The position numbers and the translations under genes were made by a program. 64,000 bases of DNA from Planctomycetota bacterium (lineage in GTDB: Bacteria; Planctomycetota; B15-G4; JADJEK01), in contig JACQZJ010000076.1 in assembly GCA_016213895.1 (NCBI GenBank), forward strand, positions 1,291 to 65,290, written 5' to 3'. The notes below the pieces were generated by a model. The model saw only the letters and a list, made by a program, of their open reading frames with translations, did not search any database and had not been told where the DNA came from. Positions 17,935 to 27,460 of this stretch are shown here, in pieces; positions within the stretch are counted from its first letter, which is position 1; every line of letters starts with the position of its first letter.

Positions 17935-19776
17935 CTACTTCCCGGCCGGCTCGCCCAGGAGCGTGCGGATCTCGGCGATGCGCTTCAGGAACTCCTGCGC
18001 CTGTGCGCTGTCCGGGTTGGCCTCGGCCAGCTTGAGGAACGCGCTCTCGGCGCCGTCGAGATCGCCGGAGAAGAACGAGACGTAGCCGAGCAGGAAGCGG
18101 GCGTCGGCGTCGGTGGGGTTCGCGTCCGTAAACACGCGGAGAGCGATGGTGTGCTCGGCCAGGTCATCCGGCCGGCCGTAGAGTTCATGCAGGGACGCGC
18201 CCGCCGCCGGCCACTCGGGCATGACCTCCATGCCGCGGCGGATGAAGAAGGCCGCATACTGGTACTCGCCCAGGGCGAAGAGCGCGTGCGCCAGCGCGAA
18301 CTTGGGGATGGCGTTGTGCGCCTCGGCGAGCATGGCTCGCCGGAACAGGTCGGCCGCGCCGCGGTAGTCGCCCGACTTGAACTTGGCCGCGCCTTGTTCC
18401 AGGCAGGCCACGGCGTTCTCGTCTTCGCCCAGCTCGCGCAGCTCCTCCCCGAGGCGTGCGGGGATTTCCGGCTCCGCCGCGGGCTCGGGAGCTGCCGCGG
18501 GCTCGGCATAGGTCGGGTAGTAGACCACGGTCTCGGAGTAAGACGGAACCGCGACCGGCTGGTAGCTCACGTACGCCGGATAGGCGTAGTGGTTCCAGAT
18601 CGGGTAGTAGCCGAACCAGAAGTGCCACCAGAAGTAGTCGTGGAAGTAGTGGTGGTGGCCGTGGAACAGGTAGTGGTGGTGGTAGTAGGGGTAGTGCCAG
18701 AAGCAGTCGAAGACGCCGCCGACCAGGCCCCAGGCCAGGTAGTCCTCCCAGTCCCAGTCGTCGTAGTCCACGTCCACGTCGACGTCCACGTCGACGTCGC
18801 CGTCATCCACGTCGACATCGACGTCCACGTCCACGTCCTGCGGAACGGCGTCGATGTCCTCCTTGAGGCGGGCGTTCGTGTCCGGCCCGTCCGCGAGCTG
18901 GCCGCGGATCTGGTCGCGCAGCGCGTCGTTCCGGTGCAACCTCGCGCTGGTCGCGTTCCGGCCGGTGTTCAGGGAGACCGGCGATGCCGCCCGGGCAATC
19001 GTCGCGTCCCGGCCGCCGAGGGTCGTGGCGCTGCCGGCCGAGCGGAAGGCCGAGGGCTCCATGCGCGTGCCCAGGCCCGACGAGGTGATGGTGCGCGGGG
19101 TCGAGGAGCGCGAACGCGTGAACGAGTCGACGCTCATGGAGCGGCCGAGGTGGCTCGGCGAAATCGTGTCGGTCGAGGAGAAGCCCGAGCGCGTGCCTCT
19201 CACGAGCGTGCCGGAAGAGCGCAGCCCGTCCGAAGAGGAGCGCGTGAAGGTCCTGGTCGAGGAGCGGGGCGCGCTGGTCAGAGAGCCGCTGCTCCGGTCG
19301 CGGAACACCCTGTTCGAGCGGAAGGACGGTGTGCTGTCGCTGCCGAACGAGCGGCTGCTCGAACCGAAGGACCGGCTGCTGCCGCCGAACGAACGGGTGC
19401 TGCCACCGAAGGACCGGCTGCTGCCGCCGAATGAGCGGGTGCTGCCGCCGAAGGACCGGCTGCCGCCGCCGAACGAACGGTTGCTGCCGCCGAAGGACCG
19501 GCTGCTCGAGCCGAACGAGCGGCTGCTGCCTCCGAAGGAGCGGCTGCTCGACCCAAAGGACCTGCTGCTGCCGCCAAACGATCGGCTGCCGCCGCCGAAG
19601 GACCGGCTGCTCGACCCGAACGACCGGCTGCCGGAGGAGACCCCGCCGCCGCCCGAGCGGCCGCCGCGCGAGCCCGCGTCGAGCAGCGTGACCGGAACCG
19701 CCACGGCGCCGACGAGCAGCACTGCCAGCAGAGTTCCCCTGCGGCCAGGAAGGATGGAACGTGCGATCATGCGCAT
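17935..19776 (-). CDS. Secreted/anchored low-complexity repeat protein: signal/TM, 22 x SRSFGGS heptads, S/T/R-rich tract, (DV)n acidic tract, His/Tyr/Trp-rich block, C-terminal TPR domain
   Basis: The start MRMIARSILPGRRGTLLAVLLVGAVAVPVTLL is preceded by GAGGAGG 7 nt upstream. The tandem heptads SSRSFGG/SSRSFGS/STRSFGG follow, then QDVDVDVDVDVDDGDVDVDVDVDVDYDDWDWEDY, then WHYPYYHHHYLFHGHHHYFHDYFWWHFWFGYYPIWNHYAYPAY. The C-terminal 180 aa look TPR-like (GDYRGAADLFRRAMLAEAHNAIPKFALAHALFALGEYQYAAFF...). Confidence 0.75.
   Translation of the reverse strand: MRMIARSILPGRRGTLLAVLLVGAVAVPVTLLDAGSRGGRSGGGGVSSGSRSFGSSSRSFGGGSRSFGGSSRSFGSSSRSFGGSSRSFGSSSRSFGGSNRSFGGGSRSFGGSTRSFGGSSRSFGGSTRSFGGSSRSFGSSSRSFGSDSTPSFRSNRVFRDRSSGSLTSAPRSSTRTFTRSSSDGLRSSGTLVRGTRSGFSSTDTISPSHLGRSMSVDSFTRSRSSTPRTITSSGLGTRMEPSAFRSAGSATTLGGRDATIARAASPVSLNTGRNATSARLHRNDALRDQIRGQLADGPDTNARLKEDIDAVPQDVDVDVDVDVDDGDVDVDVDVDVDYDDWDWEDYLAWGLVGGVFDCFWHYPYYHHHYLFHGHHHYFHDYFWWHFWFGYYPIWNHYAYPAYVSYQPVAVPSYSETVVYYPTYAEPAAAPEPAAEPEIPARLGEELRELGEDENAVACLEQGAAKFKSGDYRGAADLFRRAMLAEAHNAIPKFALAHALFALGEYQYAAFFIRRGMEVMPEWPAAGASLHELYGRPDDLAEHTIALRVFTDANPTDADARFLLGYVSFFSGDLDGAESAFLKLAEANPDSAQAQEFLKRIAEIRTLLGEPAGK
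19340..19645. repeat. About 14 tandem copies of a 21-bp unit (ccgaaSgaSCggctgctgccg) encoding the SRSFGGS heptads
   Basis: Direct reading of the plus strand shows repeated ccgaacgagcggctgctgccg and ccgaaggaccggctgctgccg units. All three frames on both strands give repetitive ORFs (the 316-aa and 120-aa plus-strand track ORFs are repeat artefacts). Confidence 0.9.
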
Positions 19777-19978
19777 GGGGGGCCTCCTCGTCACGGACGG
19801 GTGACGGCCACGCCAGACCAGCGGAGAGGTGCATTCTAGCCCAAGGACAGCGGGGTGCGCCAGCGGCGCAGCGATCACGCGGCCAGCCGCGCAGACCCCG
19901 GCGCGGATGAACCCGGCGTGGGGAGAAGTCCTCACCGCTTGCCCGTTCAACGACCCGCCGGTGCGGACGGCCGCGGCG

Positions 19979-20476
19979 TCAGGTCTCGCCCACCTCCCTG
20001 CACGCGAAGTCGATGAGCCAGTCGGCGATGTAGTAGCCGCTTTCTCGGATGGCCCGGAGCAGGGGCCCGACTGCTGACACGAGCTCGTGCCTGCGGGCTG
20101 AGACCACCGTACCGACCACGCCCCGGACGCGCAGACCATACGCGAGGACCGCCACCCGTCGCGCCCTCAGGTCGTCGATCAGGAGCAGGCTGGCGCCCCG
20201 CCGGGAGGCGAGGGTGATGGCTTCGGCCTCTCCAGCACCGAAATCCTCGGAGAGGAGCGAATCCGGGGGCCGTTCCAGCTGAACGCGCTCGACCCAGTCC
20301 GCGGCCCTCAGCTCCCTCGATCCCGGGAGGCTCTCACCCTGGATGACGGTTTCGCGCCAGACGGCATCGGGAACCAGGAGTCTGCCGTACAACTTCGCAA
20401 GGAGATCCAGTCGCCCAACAACCGCGAGAGCGATGATGGGCCCGGTGTTGGACACGACGGGCCCGCGCTCAGTCAT
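19979..20476 (-). CDS. DUF3368/COG2405-type PIN-like nucleic-acid-binding protein (putative toxin)
   Basis: The sequence MTERGPVVSNTGPIIALAVVGRLDLLAKLYGRLLVPDAVWRE matches the characteristic N-terminus of the DUF3368 family (PIN-like). At 165 aa it is paired with the upstream UPF0175 gene. Confidence 0.65.
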   Translation of the reverse strand: MTERGPVVSNTGPIIALAVVGRLDLLAKLYGRLLVPDAVWRETVIQGESLPGSRELRAADWVERVQLERPPDSLLSEDFGAGEAEAITLASRRGASLLLIDDLRARRVAVLAYGLRVRGVVGTVVSARRHELVSAVGPLLRAIRESGYYIADWLIDFACREVGET

Positions 20477-20720
20477 CAGCGCACTCCCGCGCGGCCTCGT
20501 CGCGGTCGATGTTGACCACGGAAACGCCCATCCGGCTCGCTCGTCCCAGGAAGTCGACCCGGCTGATCCCGCAGAGCACGGCGGCCTTTCCCGACGAGAC
20601 CCTGCCCAGTTCGAAGAGTTTCAGAGCGAGCAGGAACTTCGCCTCCCGCACGAACTCGTCCCGGGAAAGTCCGGTGGAGAGCAGCACGCTCTCCGGCAAC
20701 TCGATCGTGAGCGGCGGCAT
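20469..20720 (-). CDS. UPF0175-family small protein (putative antitoxin partner of DUF3368)
   Basis: The 83-aa sequence MPPLTIELPESVLLSTGLSRDEFVREAKFLLALKLFELGRVSSGKAAVLCGISRVDFL matches the UPF0175 signature. It overlaps the downstream gene by 8 nt. Confidence 0.65.
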   Translation of the reverse strand: MPPLTIELPESVLLSTGLSRDEFVREAKFLLALKLFELGRVSSGKAAVLCGISRVDFLGRASRMGVSVVNIDRDEAARECADD

Positions 20721-20835
20721 GACCTGATCACCTCTCGCGCAGGGAACTCGACAGAAGCGGACTTCATGTTACACGAGGCTGCGGCAACCGAACACCCATC
20801 GTCCCGGCCTGGGGCGCGGCCGGCTCCCCTCCCCC

Positions 20836-21294
20836 TCAGTCCGCGGACGACGTGTGGTCAAGCACGATCCGCCACTCGTCGCCGATCCGACGGAAGAGCA
20901 GCGTGAACCTGCCCTTGGGCTGATCTTCCGGCCGTTCCAGGAGCCATGCGCCCGTGACCACGGCCGCGTCCTCGGCCAGCACGCGCACCTCGAGGTCGGA
21001 GAACGAGAGCTTGCCCATGCGGCCGGGCTCGCCGTAGGCCGCGTGGTAGCCGTCCCGGGTCTCCTGCCAGCCCCGGCGCACCTTGTCCCCGGACACGAAC
21101 ACCAGCTCGGGCGAACGCAGGTAGCCCTTCATGTACTCGTCGATGAGCCCGGCGTTCCAGGCGCGCTCCTGCTCGGCGAGCACGCCGCGCACCGCCTCCT
21201 CGGCCCGTGTGAACTCGGCCACGGTGAGCCCGGACGGTCCCTGCGTGCAGGCGAGGAACGGCAGAACGAAAAGGCAGCGGAGGGGCGCTATCAT
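20836..21294 (-). CDS. NTF2-like/SnoaL-like (DUF4440-type) lipoprotein
   Basis: The start MIAPLRCLFVLPFLACTQG has a lipobox-like LAC. The mature protein is about 130 aa with W/Y-containing NTF2-like fold segments (RAEEAVRGVLAEQERAWNAG...GAWLLERPEDQPKGRFTLLFRRIGDEWRIVLDH). Confidence 0.55.
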   Translation of the reverse strand: MIAPLRCLFVLPFLACTQGPSGLTVAEFTRAEEAVRGVLAEQERAWNAGLIDEYMKGYLRSPELVFVSGDKVRRGWQETRDGYHAAYGEPGRMGKLSFSDLEVRVLAEDAAVVTGAWLLERPEDQPKGRFTLLFRRIGDEWRIVLDHTSSAD

Positions 21295-21377
21295 GGCGGG
21301 GACGACTCCTGTAGCGGTCGCCGTGGCCGGCTGGCAGTGCGCCATATTATGACTCCGCGGGAGAGGATGCCCGCCGC

Positions 21378-22115
21378 ATGCGGAAGGAGAGCGACGTGAT
21401 GCGACCGGCCATCGCCCTGGACATCGAGACCGTCGGAGTCGGCTGGGACGAGCTGGACGAGCCGACGCGGACCTACCTGGTCACGCGCGCCGCGCGCAAG
21501 ATGGGGCGCGAGGGCATCACCGACGGCAGCGCCGAGGCCCTGGCGCGCGAGGCCCTGGGGCTCTCGCCCGGCACGGGCAGGGTCGTCGCCATCGGCCTGG
21601 TGAACCTGGAATCGGAGCAGGGCGCGCTGCTCTACGAGGGCACGGAAGGGTGGCTCGCGACCGAGCCCAACGCCACGCGCCTCTTCCGCGGCCCGGAAGC
21701 GGCCATCCTGCGCGAGTTCTGGCAGCTGCTCGAGCGCTACGGCCGGATCGTGACCTACAACGGCCGCGGCTTCGACCTGCCCTACGTGTACCTCCGCTCC
21801 GCCCTGCACGGCATCCGCCCGAGCCGCCAGGTGCTCGGCAACCGCTACTCCATCGCCGAGCACTGCGACCTGGCCGAGGTGCTGACCTTCTTCGGCGCCG
21901 CGCAGGAGCGCTTCTCGCTCGACTACTGGTGCCGCCGCTTCGGGATCACGTCGCCCAAGGCCGAGGGCCTGGACGGGTCCCAGGTGAACGCCTTCTACCG
22001 GGACGGCAGGATCGAGGAGATCGCCGAGTACTGCCTGCGGGACGCGGCCGCGACCGCCAAGCTCTACCGCGCCCTGGAAGGCACGCTCATCGACCTGCAG
22101 GGCAAGCGCGCCTGA
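21378..22115 (+). CDS. RNase H-like 3'-5' exonuclease (PolB-exonuclease-related, COG3298-like)
   Basis: AIALDIETVG is the Exo I acidic motif. YNGRGFDLPY, HCDLAEV and YCLRDAAAT are further Exo motifs. Confidence 0.7.
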   Translation: MRKESDVMRPAIALDIETVGVGWDELDEPTRTYLVTRAARKMGREGITDGSAEALAREALGLSPGTGRVVAIGLVNLESEQGALLYEGTEGWLATEPNATRLFRGPEAAILREFWQLLERYGRIVTYNGRGFDLPYVYLRSALHGIRPSRQVLGNRYSIAEHCDLAEVLTFFGAAQERFSLDYWCRRFGITSPKAEGLDGSQVNAFYRDGRIEEIAEYCLRDAAATAKLYRALEGTLIDLQGKRA

Positions 22116-22151
22116 GCGCCGCCCCCCGGGGGGCGCGGTCAGCCGCGCGGG

Positions 22152-22547
22152 TCAGTGGCGGCGCTGGACGTAGTCCTGGAGGATGGCCTCGTGATCGAAG
22201 GCCAGCTCCGGGAGCTGGTCGAGGGGGAAGGCGCGCGCCGTCTTGGCGTCGTCGCCGCCCTTGGGCTCGCCGTCGGCCGTGGCCAGGAAGACCACGCTCA
22301 CCGTGTGACCGCGCGGATCGCGCTCGGGATCGGAGTAGGCGTGGAACTGGCGCCCCAGGGTGACGTCGAGGCTGGTCTCCTCCTTGGCCTCGCGCACCGC
22401 GGCCTGCTCCAAGGTCTCGCCCCACTCCACGAAGCCGCCGGGCAGCGCCCAGCCGAGAGGCTCGTACTTGCGCTCGACCAGGACGACCCCGTCCGCGACC
22501 TGGATGATGAGGTCGACGGTCAGGCGCGGCTGGCGCTGTTCATTCAT
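22152..22547 (-). CDS. NUDIX hydrolase
   Basis: The Nudix box [24 protein letters not shown] is present in a 131-aa protein. Confidence 0.85.
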   Translation of the reverse strand: MNEQRQPRLTVDLIIQVADGVVLVERKYEPLGWALPGGFVEWGETLEQAAVREAKEETSLDVTLGRQFHAYSDPERDPRGHTVSVVFLATADGEPKGGDDAKTARAFPLDQLPELAFDHEAILQDYVQRRH

Positions 22548-22620
22548 GTGGCGTGCTCCGCGGGAAGCGAATGCGCCACTTTACGCGTCGCTGCGCGGCG
22601 CCGCCAGCCCCTGCGCAGCC

Positions 22621-25600
22621 CTAGCGCGCGACCGGCTCCTTGTACTCGGGGCGCGGCCGCGGCGGGTCGCGCTCGAGCGCGGCCAGAGCCAGCTCCACCG
22701 CCTTCTCGAGCTGCGGATCGCGGCCGGCGATGACCTCCTTCGGCCACTCGATGACCTCGTAGTCCGGGGCCACGCCGATGTTCTCGACCGCCCACTCGCC
22801 GTTCTCGTCCATCACGCCGAAGTTCGCCGCGGTGACGAACCCGCCGTCCATGAGCGCGGGGTAGCCGGAGATGCCGACCAGGCCGCCCCAGGTGCGCGTG
22901 CCCACGAGCGGTCCGACGCCCTCCTTCTGGAAGGCCCACGGCATCCAGTCGCCGCCCGAGCCCGCCGACTCGTTGATGATCATGACCTTCGGCCCTTCGA
23001 TCGTGCCGAAGGGGGTCTGGCCGACCCACCTCTCGCGGTTCATCCAGTAGGAGATCACGTTGCGCGAGAGGATGTCGATCACGTAGTCCGCGGCCTGGCC
23101 GCCGCCGTTGTAGCGCTCGTCCAGGATCACGCCCTGCTTGCCGAGCTGGCTGAAGAAGTCGCGGTCGAAGGCGGCCATGCCGCCGCCCGCCGTATCCGGC
23201 ATGTAGATGTAGGCCAGCCGTCCGCCGGACAGCTCGCTCACGCGCTGGCGGTTCGACTCGATCCAGGAAAGGTGGCGCAGGCCGAACTCGTCCCCGATCG
23301 GCACCACCGTCATGGTGCGCGCGTCGTTGCCGTCGGGCTTCGAGGCGAGCGTGATTTCCACCTGCCGGCCCGCGGTGTTCTCGAAGGCGCGGAAGATGTT
23401 CTCGTCCGCCATGACCGGCCGGCCGTTCACGGTGATCAAGTAGTCGCCGGCGCGTGCGTCCACGCCCGGGCCGGTCAAGGGCGCGCGCAGCCCGGGGTTC
23501 CAGTTCTGCCCGCGGTAGATCCGGGTGATGCGGTAGCGCTGCCGGTCGACCTCGTAGTCGCAGCCGAGCAGGCCGACGGAGACGCCGCCCGGCGGGCCCG
23601 GCATCTCGCCGCCGCCGCAGTACTCGTGGCCGCAGCACAGCTCGCCGATCATCTCGGAGACGAGCACGTTCAGGTCGGCGCGGTGCTTGACGTGCGGTAG
23701 GAAGGCGGACCAGCGCCGCCATATCGCCGGCCAGTCGACGTGGTGCATGTTCGGGTCGTAGAAGTAGTCGCGCTCGATGCGCCACGCCTCGCGCAGGATC
23801 TGCGGCCACTCCTCGGCCGGCTCGACGCGCACCGTCACCCCGCCGATGTTCAGGCCCTTGGCGTCCTGGCCCGAGGCGTTTCGGATCGACCAGCCGCCCC
23901 CCTCGCTGGTGAGCAGCCACTGGCCGTCCCCGGACACGCGGAAGCCGTTGATCCCGCCAGCCAGCGTGTTGCTCTTGCGCGAGTCGAAGTCGAAGCTCTT
24001 GAGTTCGGGCCCGCCCCCGCGCGGCGCCTGGATGAAGAGCAGCTTGTCCTTGCTGCAGGCCAGGTTGTAGTAGATGCCGGAACCGAGCGGCAGGGCCAGG
24101 ATCCGCTGGTCGAGGCCCTCGAGGTCGATGGAGGGCTTCTCCTCCTTCTTCTCTTCCTCTTTCTTCTCCTCGGGCTTGGGCGCCTCCTCTTTCTTCTCCG
24201 CGGCCGGAGCCTCTCCCTCGGCCTTCTTCTCGCCCTCCTGGGGCGCTTTCTCCTCTGCCGCGGCCGCGCCTTCCCCGCCGTCTTCCTTCTTCTCGTCCTT
24301 CTTGTCCTCCTCCTTCTTGTCCTTGTCGGGCTTGTCCTTCTCGTCCTTCTTCTTCGTTGGCCGCGCCGAAGTCGTCCGTGAGCGAGGTGGTGGTGCGGGT
24401 CGCCAGCTCGTAGAGGGAGATGTGGTCGTAGAGAGTGCGCAGGTTGCGGTTCTCGTAGGCGATCCACTTGGAATCGGGCGACCACACGGCCGTGGGCCGC
24501 ACCACGCCGAGGGAGCCCTGCACGCTGCCGAATTCGGTCAGCACGCCGCTCTCGAGCGTGACTAGGCCCAAGCGGTTCCCCTTGTCCGTGAACAGGATGT
24601 GCTTGCCGTCCGGGCTCCAGACCGGGTCGTAGAAGAAGCCGCCGTCGCCGAGGTCGTAGCTGCGGGCGGGCTTTCGGCCGCGCGCGTCTCCCACCATGAG
24701 CTGGTACTCGCCGCTCGCGTCCGAGAGCCATGCGACCTGCTCGCCGTCCGGCGACCAGACCGGGCTGCGCTCGTGCACCCCGGGCGAGTTGGTGAGGTTG
24801 CGCGGGTCGCCGTGCTCGCGCGGCACGGTGATGATCTCGCCGCGCGCCTCGAAGACCGCGCGCTTGCCGTTCGGCGCCACGTCCGCCGCGCGCACCGCGC
24901 CGCCCACCGCCTGCCAGCGCGGCAGGGCGGCCAGGTCGTCGGCGCGGATCCGGATGGCGAGGCGCTCCGAGGTGCGTCGTTCCGGGTCGTAGAGGTGCAG
25001 CGACCCGGCCTGCTCGAAGACGATCACGCCTCCGCCGGCGCTCATGGAGCGGATGTCGAAATCGGTGAAGTAGGTGAGCTGCTCGGCCTTGCCCGAGCCG
25101 GGCGCGTAGCGCCACAAGTTCATGTGGTCGTCGCGGTCCGAGGCGAAGTAGACCTGGCCGTCGAGCCAGCAGGGGAAGGTGTCGGTAGCGTGCGCGTGGG
25201 GGATCTCCTCGACCTCGTGCGTCGCGGGGTCGTAGATCCAGACGGGCGGGACCGTGCCGCCGCGATGCCGCTTCCAGGTGCGGAAGGCGTCGCGGATGGG
25301 GGTGTAGGCGATGCGCGAGGCGTCCGCGTTGTAGGCCGCGTGGTTGGCCTTGGGGATCTCGAGCATGGCGGGCGTGGAGCCGCCGTCGGTTTCTGCCAGG
25401 AAGAGGCGCGGTGCCGGCGCGCCCGAGGCGCGCATGCTGCGGAACAGCACGCGCTTGCCGTCCGGATGCCAGCCGAGCACGCGGTCCTCCCCAGGGTGCC
25501 AGGTCAGGCGGCGCGGCGCCCCGCCCTCGACCGGCACGACGTAGACGTCGGTGTTGCCTTCGTACTGGCCGGAGAAGGCGATGTGGAGTCCGTCGGGGCT

Positions 25601-25840
25601 GAAGCGCGGCGCGACCTCGGCGCCGGAGCTGCTCGTGAGCCGGCGCGCTTCGCCTCCCCTGCGCGGGGCGACCCAGATGTCCGCGGCGTAGACGAAGGCC
25701 ACATGCTCGCGCGAGACCGAGGGGTCCTGGAGCAAGAGGGTCTCCTCGTCGGGCCGCGCGCGCGCGGTTTGCAGGGCGAGGCACAGGAGGAAGGCAACGG
25801 CGCAGGCGGCGCGCCACGGGGACGGGCGGGCTGCGGTCAT
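22621..25840 (-). CDS. Tricorn-protease-like S41 peptidase with N-terminal PD40/TolB-like beta-propellers and a K/E-rich linker; reading frame shifted near 24345-24365
   Basis: The N-terminal frame (25840 to about 24360) has a signal peptide and WD-like PD40 repeats (SPDG...). The C-terminal frame, open upstream of the 438-aa ORF to about 24355, gives KKDEKDKPDKDKKEEDKKDEKKEDGGEGAAAAEEKAPQEGEKK...KPSIDLEGLDQRILALPLGSGIYYNLACSKDKLLFIQAPRGGGPELKSFDFDSRKSNTLAGGINGFRVSGDGQWLLTSEGGGW followed by the S41 peptidase domain. The two parts join only via a 1-nt frame change in gccaacgaagaagaagg. Confidence 0.8.
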
Positions 25841-26022
25841 GGGCGGCTCCTCAGTGGTTCGCGAGAGGGCGGCGAGTCCGGCAATCTACCTCGGCCGGTC
25901 GGGTCGAGCCATCGCGGGGCAATCCTTACTGGAGCGGGGAGGCCCCTGTTGGGAGGAAATCCCCGTCTCGCGGCTGGCGGCGGCTCTGCGGCGCCGCCGC
26001 CCTGTGCTACTTTCGTAAGATC

Positions 26023-27429
26023 ATGGCTGGAGAAGAGCGTTTCGCCGGCGCCGCCGTGACCGCGGAGCTGCTGCGGAAGTACGACCGGCCCGGGCCGCGC
26101 TACACCTCGTATCCCACGGTGCCGGTGTGGAGCGGCAGCTTCGGCCCCGCGGATTACGAACGCCGCCTGCAGCGCGCCGGGCGCGAGGCCCGGGATCTGC
26201 CCTTCTCCCTGTACGTGCACGTCCCCTTCTGCGCCTCGCTCTGCTTCTACTGCGCGTGCAACGTGGTCGTCACCCGCAGGCGCGAGGTGGTGGCGCCGTA
26301 CCTCGCGCACGTGGAGCGCGAGATCGAGCTGGTCTCCGCCCGGATCGGCGAACGGCGCACGGCCACGCAGCTCCACCTGGGCGGCGGCACGCCCACTTAC
26401 CTTGCGCCGGCCGAACTGCGCCGCCTGGTTTCGGCGCTCCGCGCGCGCTTCCAGATCCTGCCAGGCGCCGAGATGGCAATCGAGGTCGACCCGCGCGTCA
26501 CCACGCGCGCGCACCTGGAGGCGCTGTCTTCCCTCGGCTTCAACCGCGTCTCGCTCGGCGTCCAGGACTTCTCGCCGCGCGTGCAGCGCGCGGTGAACCG
26601 CCGCCAAAGCGAGGAAGAGACGCGCGCCGCGGCCGACACGGCGCGCGCGCTCGGCTTCGCCTCGGTCAACGTCGACCTCATGTACGGGCTGCCGGAGCAG
26701 ACCGAGGAGGACTTCGCGCGCACGCTCGACGTGGTCCTCGACCTGCGGCCTGATCGCGTGGCGCTCTTCTCCTACGCCCACCTGCCGTGGCTCAAGCCGG
26801 CACAGGCCTCGTTCGAGCGCAAGGGATACGACCTGCCCGGGGCGGAGCGCAAGTTCGCCATCTTCCGCGCCGCCCACGACCGCTTCCTGAGCGCGGGCTA
26901 CGGCCAGATCGGCATGGACCACTTCGCCCTGGCCGAGGACGAGCTGGCGCGCGCGCGCGACGGCGGCTACCTCTTCCGCAACTTCCAGGGCTACACCGTG
27001 CGGCCCGCGCCCGACTCGCTCGCTTTCGGCGTCACCGGCATCTCGGACGTGGCCGGCTGCTACGCGCAGAGCGCGCGGCAGCTCGAGGAGTACTACCGCT
27101 TCCTGGACAACGGGTCGCTGCCGGTGGTGCGCGGCTGCGAGGTGACCGCCGAGGACGCGCTGCGGCGCGACGTGATCCTGGGCCTCCTCTGCAACTTCAC
27201 GCTCGACCTGGGGAAGATCGAGGAGCGGCACCGCATCGCCTTCGCCGAGCACTTCGCCGCCGAGCTGGCGCAGCTCCGGGACTTCGCGGCCGACGGGCTG
27301 GTCAAGCTCTCCGCGCGCGCCATCGACGTCACGCCGCTCGGGCGCTTCTTCATCCGCAACGTGTGCATGGTCTTCGACGCCCGCCTGCCGCGCGCGGGCG
27401 ACAGGCCGCTCTTTTCTCGCACCGTGTGA
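26023..27429 (+). CDS. hemN: Oxygen-independent coproporphyrinogen III oxidase (radical SAM)
   Basis: The CxxxCxxC cluster CASLCFYCAC and the GGGTPTYL and HemN C-terminal motifs are present, at 468 aa. Confidence 0.9.
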   Translation: MAGEERFAGAAVTAELLRKYDRPGPRYTSYPTVPVWSGSFGPADYERRLQRAGREARDLPFSLYVHVPFCASLCFYCACNVVVTRRREVVAPYLAHVEREIELVSARIGERRTATQLHLGGGTPTYLAPAELRRLVSALRARFQILPGAEMAIEVDPRVTTRAHLEALSSLGFNRVSLGVQDFSPRVQRAVNRRQSEEETRAAADTARALGFASVNVDLMYGLPEQTEEDFARTLDVVLDLRPDRVALFSYAHLPWLKPAQASFERKGYDLPGAERKFAIFRAAHDRFLSAGYGQIGMDHFALAEDELARARDGGYLFRNFQGYTVRPAPDSLAFGVTGISDVAGCYAQSARQLEEYYRFLDNGSLPVVRGCEVTAEDALRRDVILGLLCNFTLDLGKIEERHRIAFAEHFAAELAQLRDFAADGLVKLSARAIDVTPLGRFFIRNVCMVFDARLPRAGDRPLFSRTV

Positions 27430-27460
27430 ACGAACGGCGCCTGGCCCCCTTCGCCGCGGG

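Noticed and set aside
19340-19645. Possible CRISPR array
   Set aside because: The repeats are only 21 bp with no unique spacers, lie inside a coding sequence, and have no cas genes nearby.
18803-19834. 343-aa (minus) and 316-aa/120-aa (plus) ORFs full of QPVLRR/PPKDRLL/RRTGCC repeats
   Set aside because: These are alternative frames of the 21-bp tandem repeat. Only the frame giving SRSFGGS heptads is continuous with a signal peptide, an RBS and a folded TPR domain.
23850-27252. 655-aa and 471-aa minus-strand ORFs over the tricorn gene and hemN
   Set aside because: Their composition is Arg/Pro/Ala-rich low complexity with no motifs. They are the third frame of the tricorn gene and the antisense of hemN respectively.
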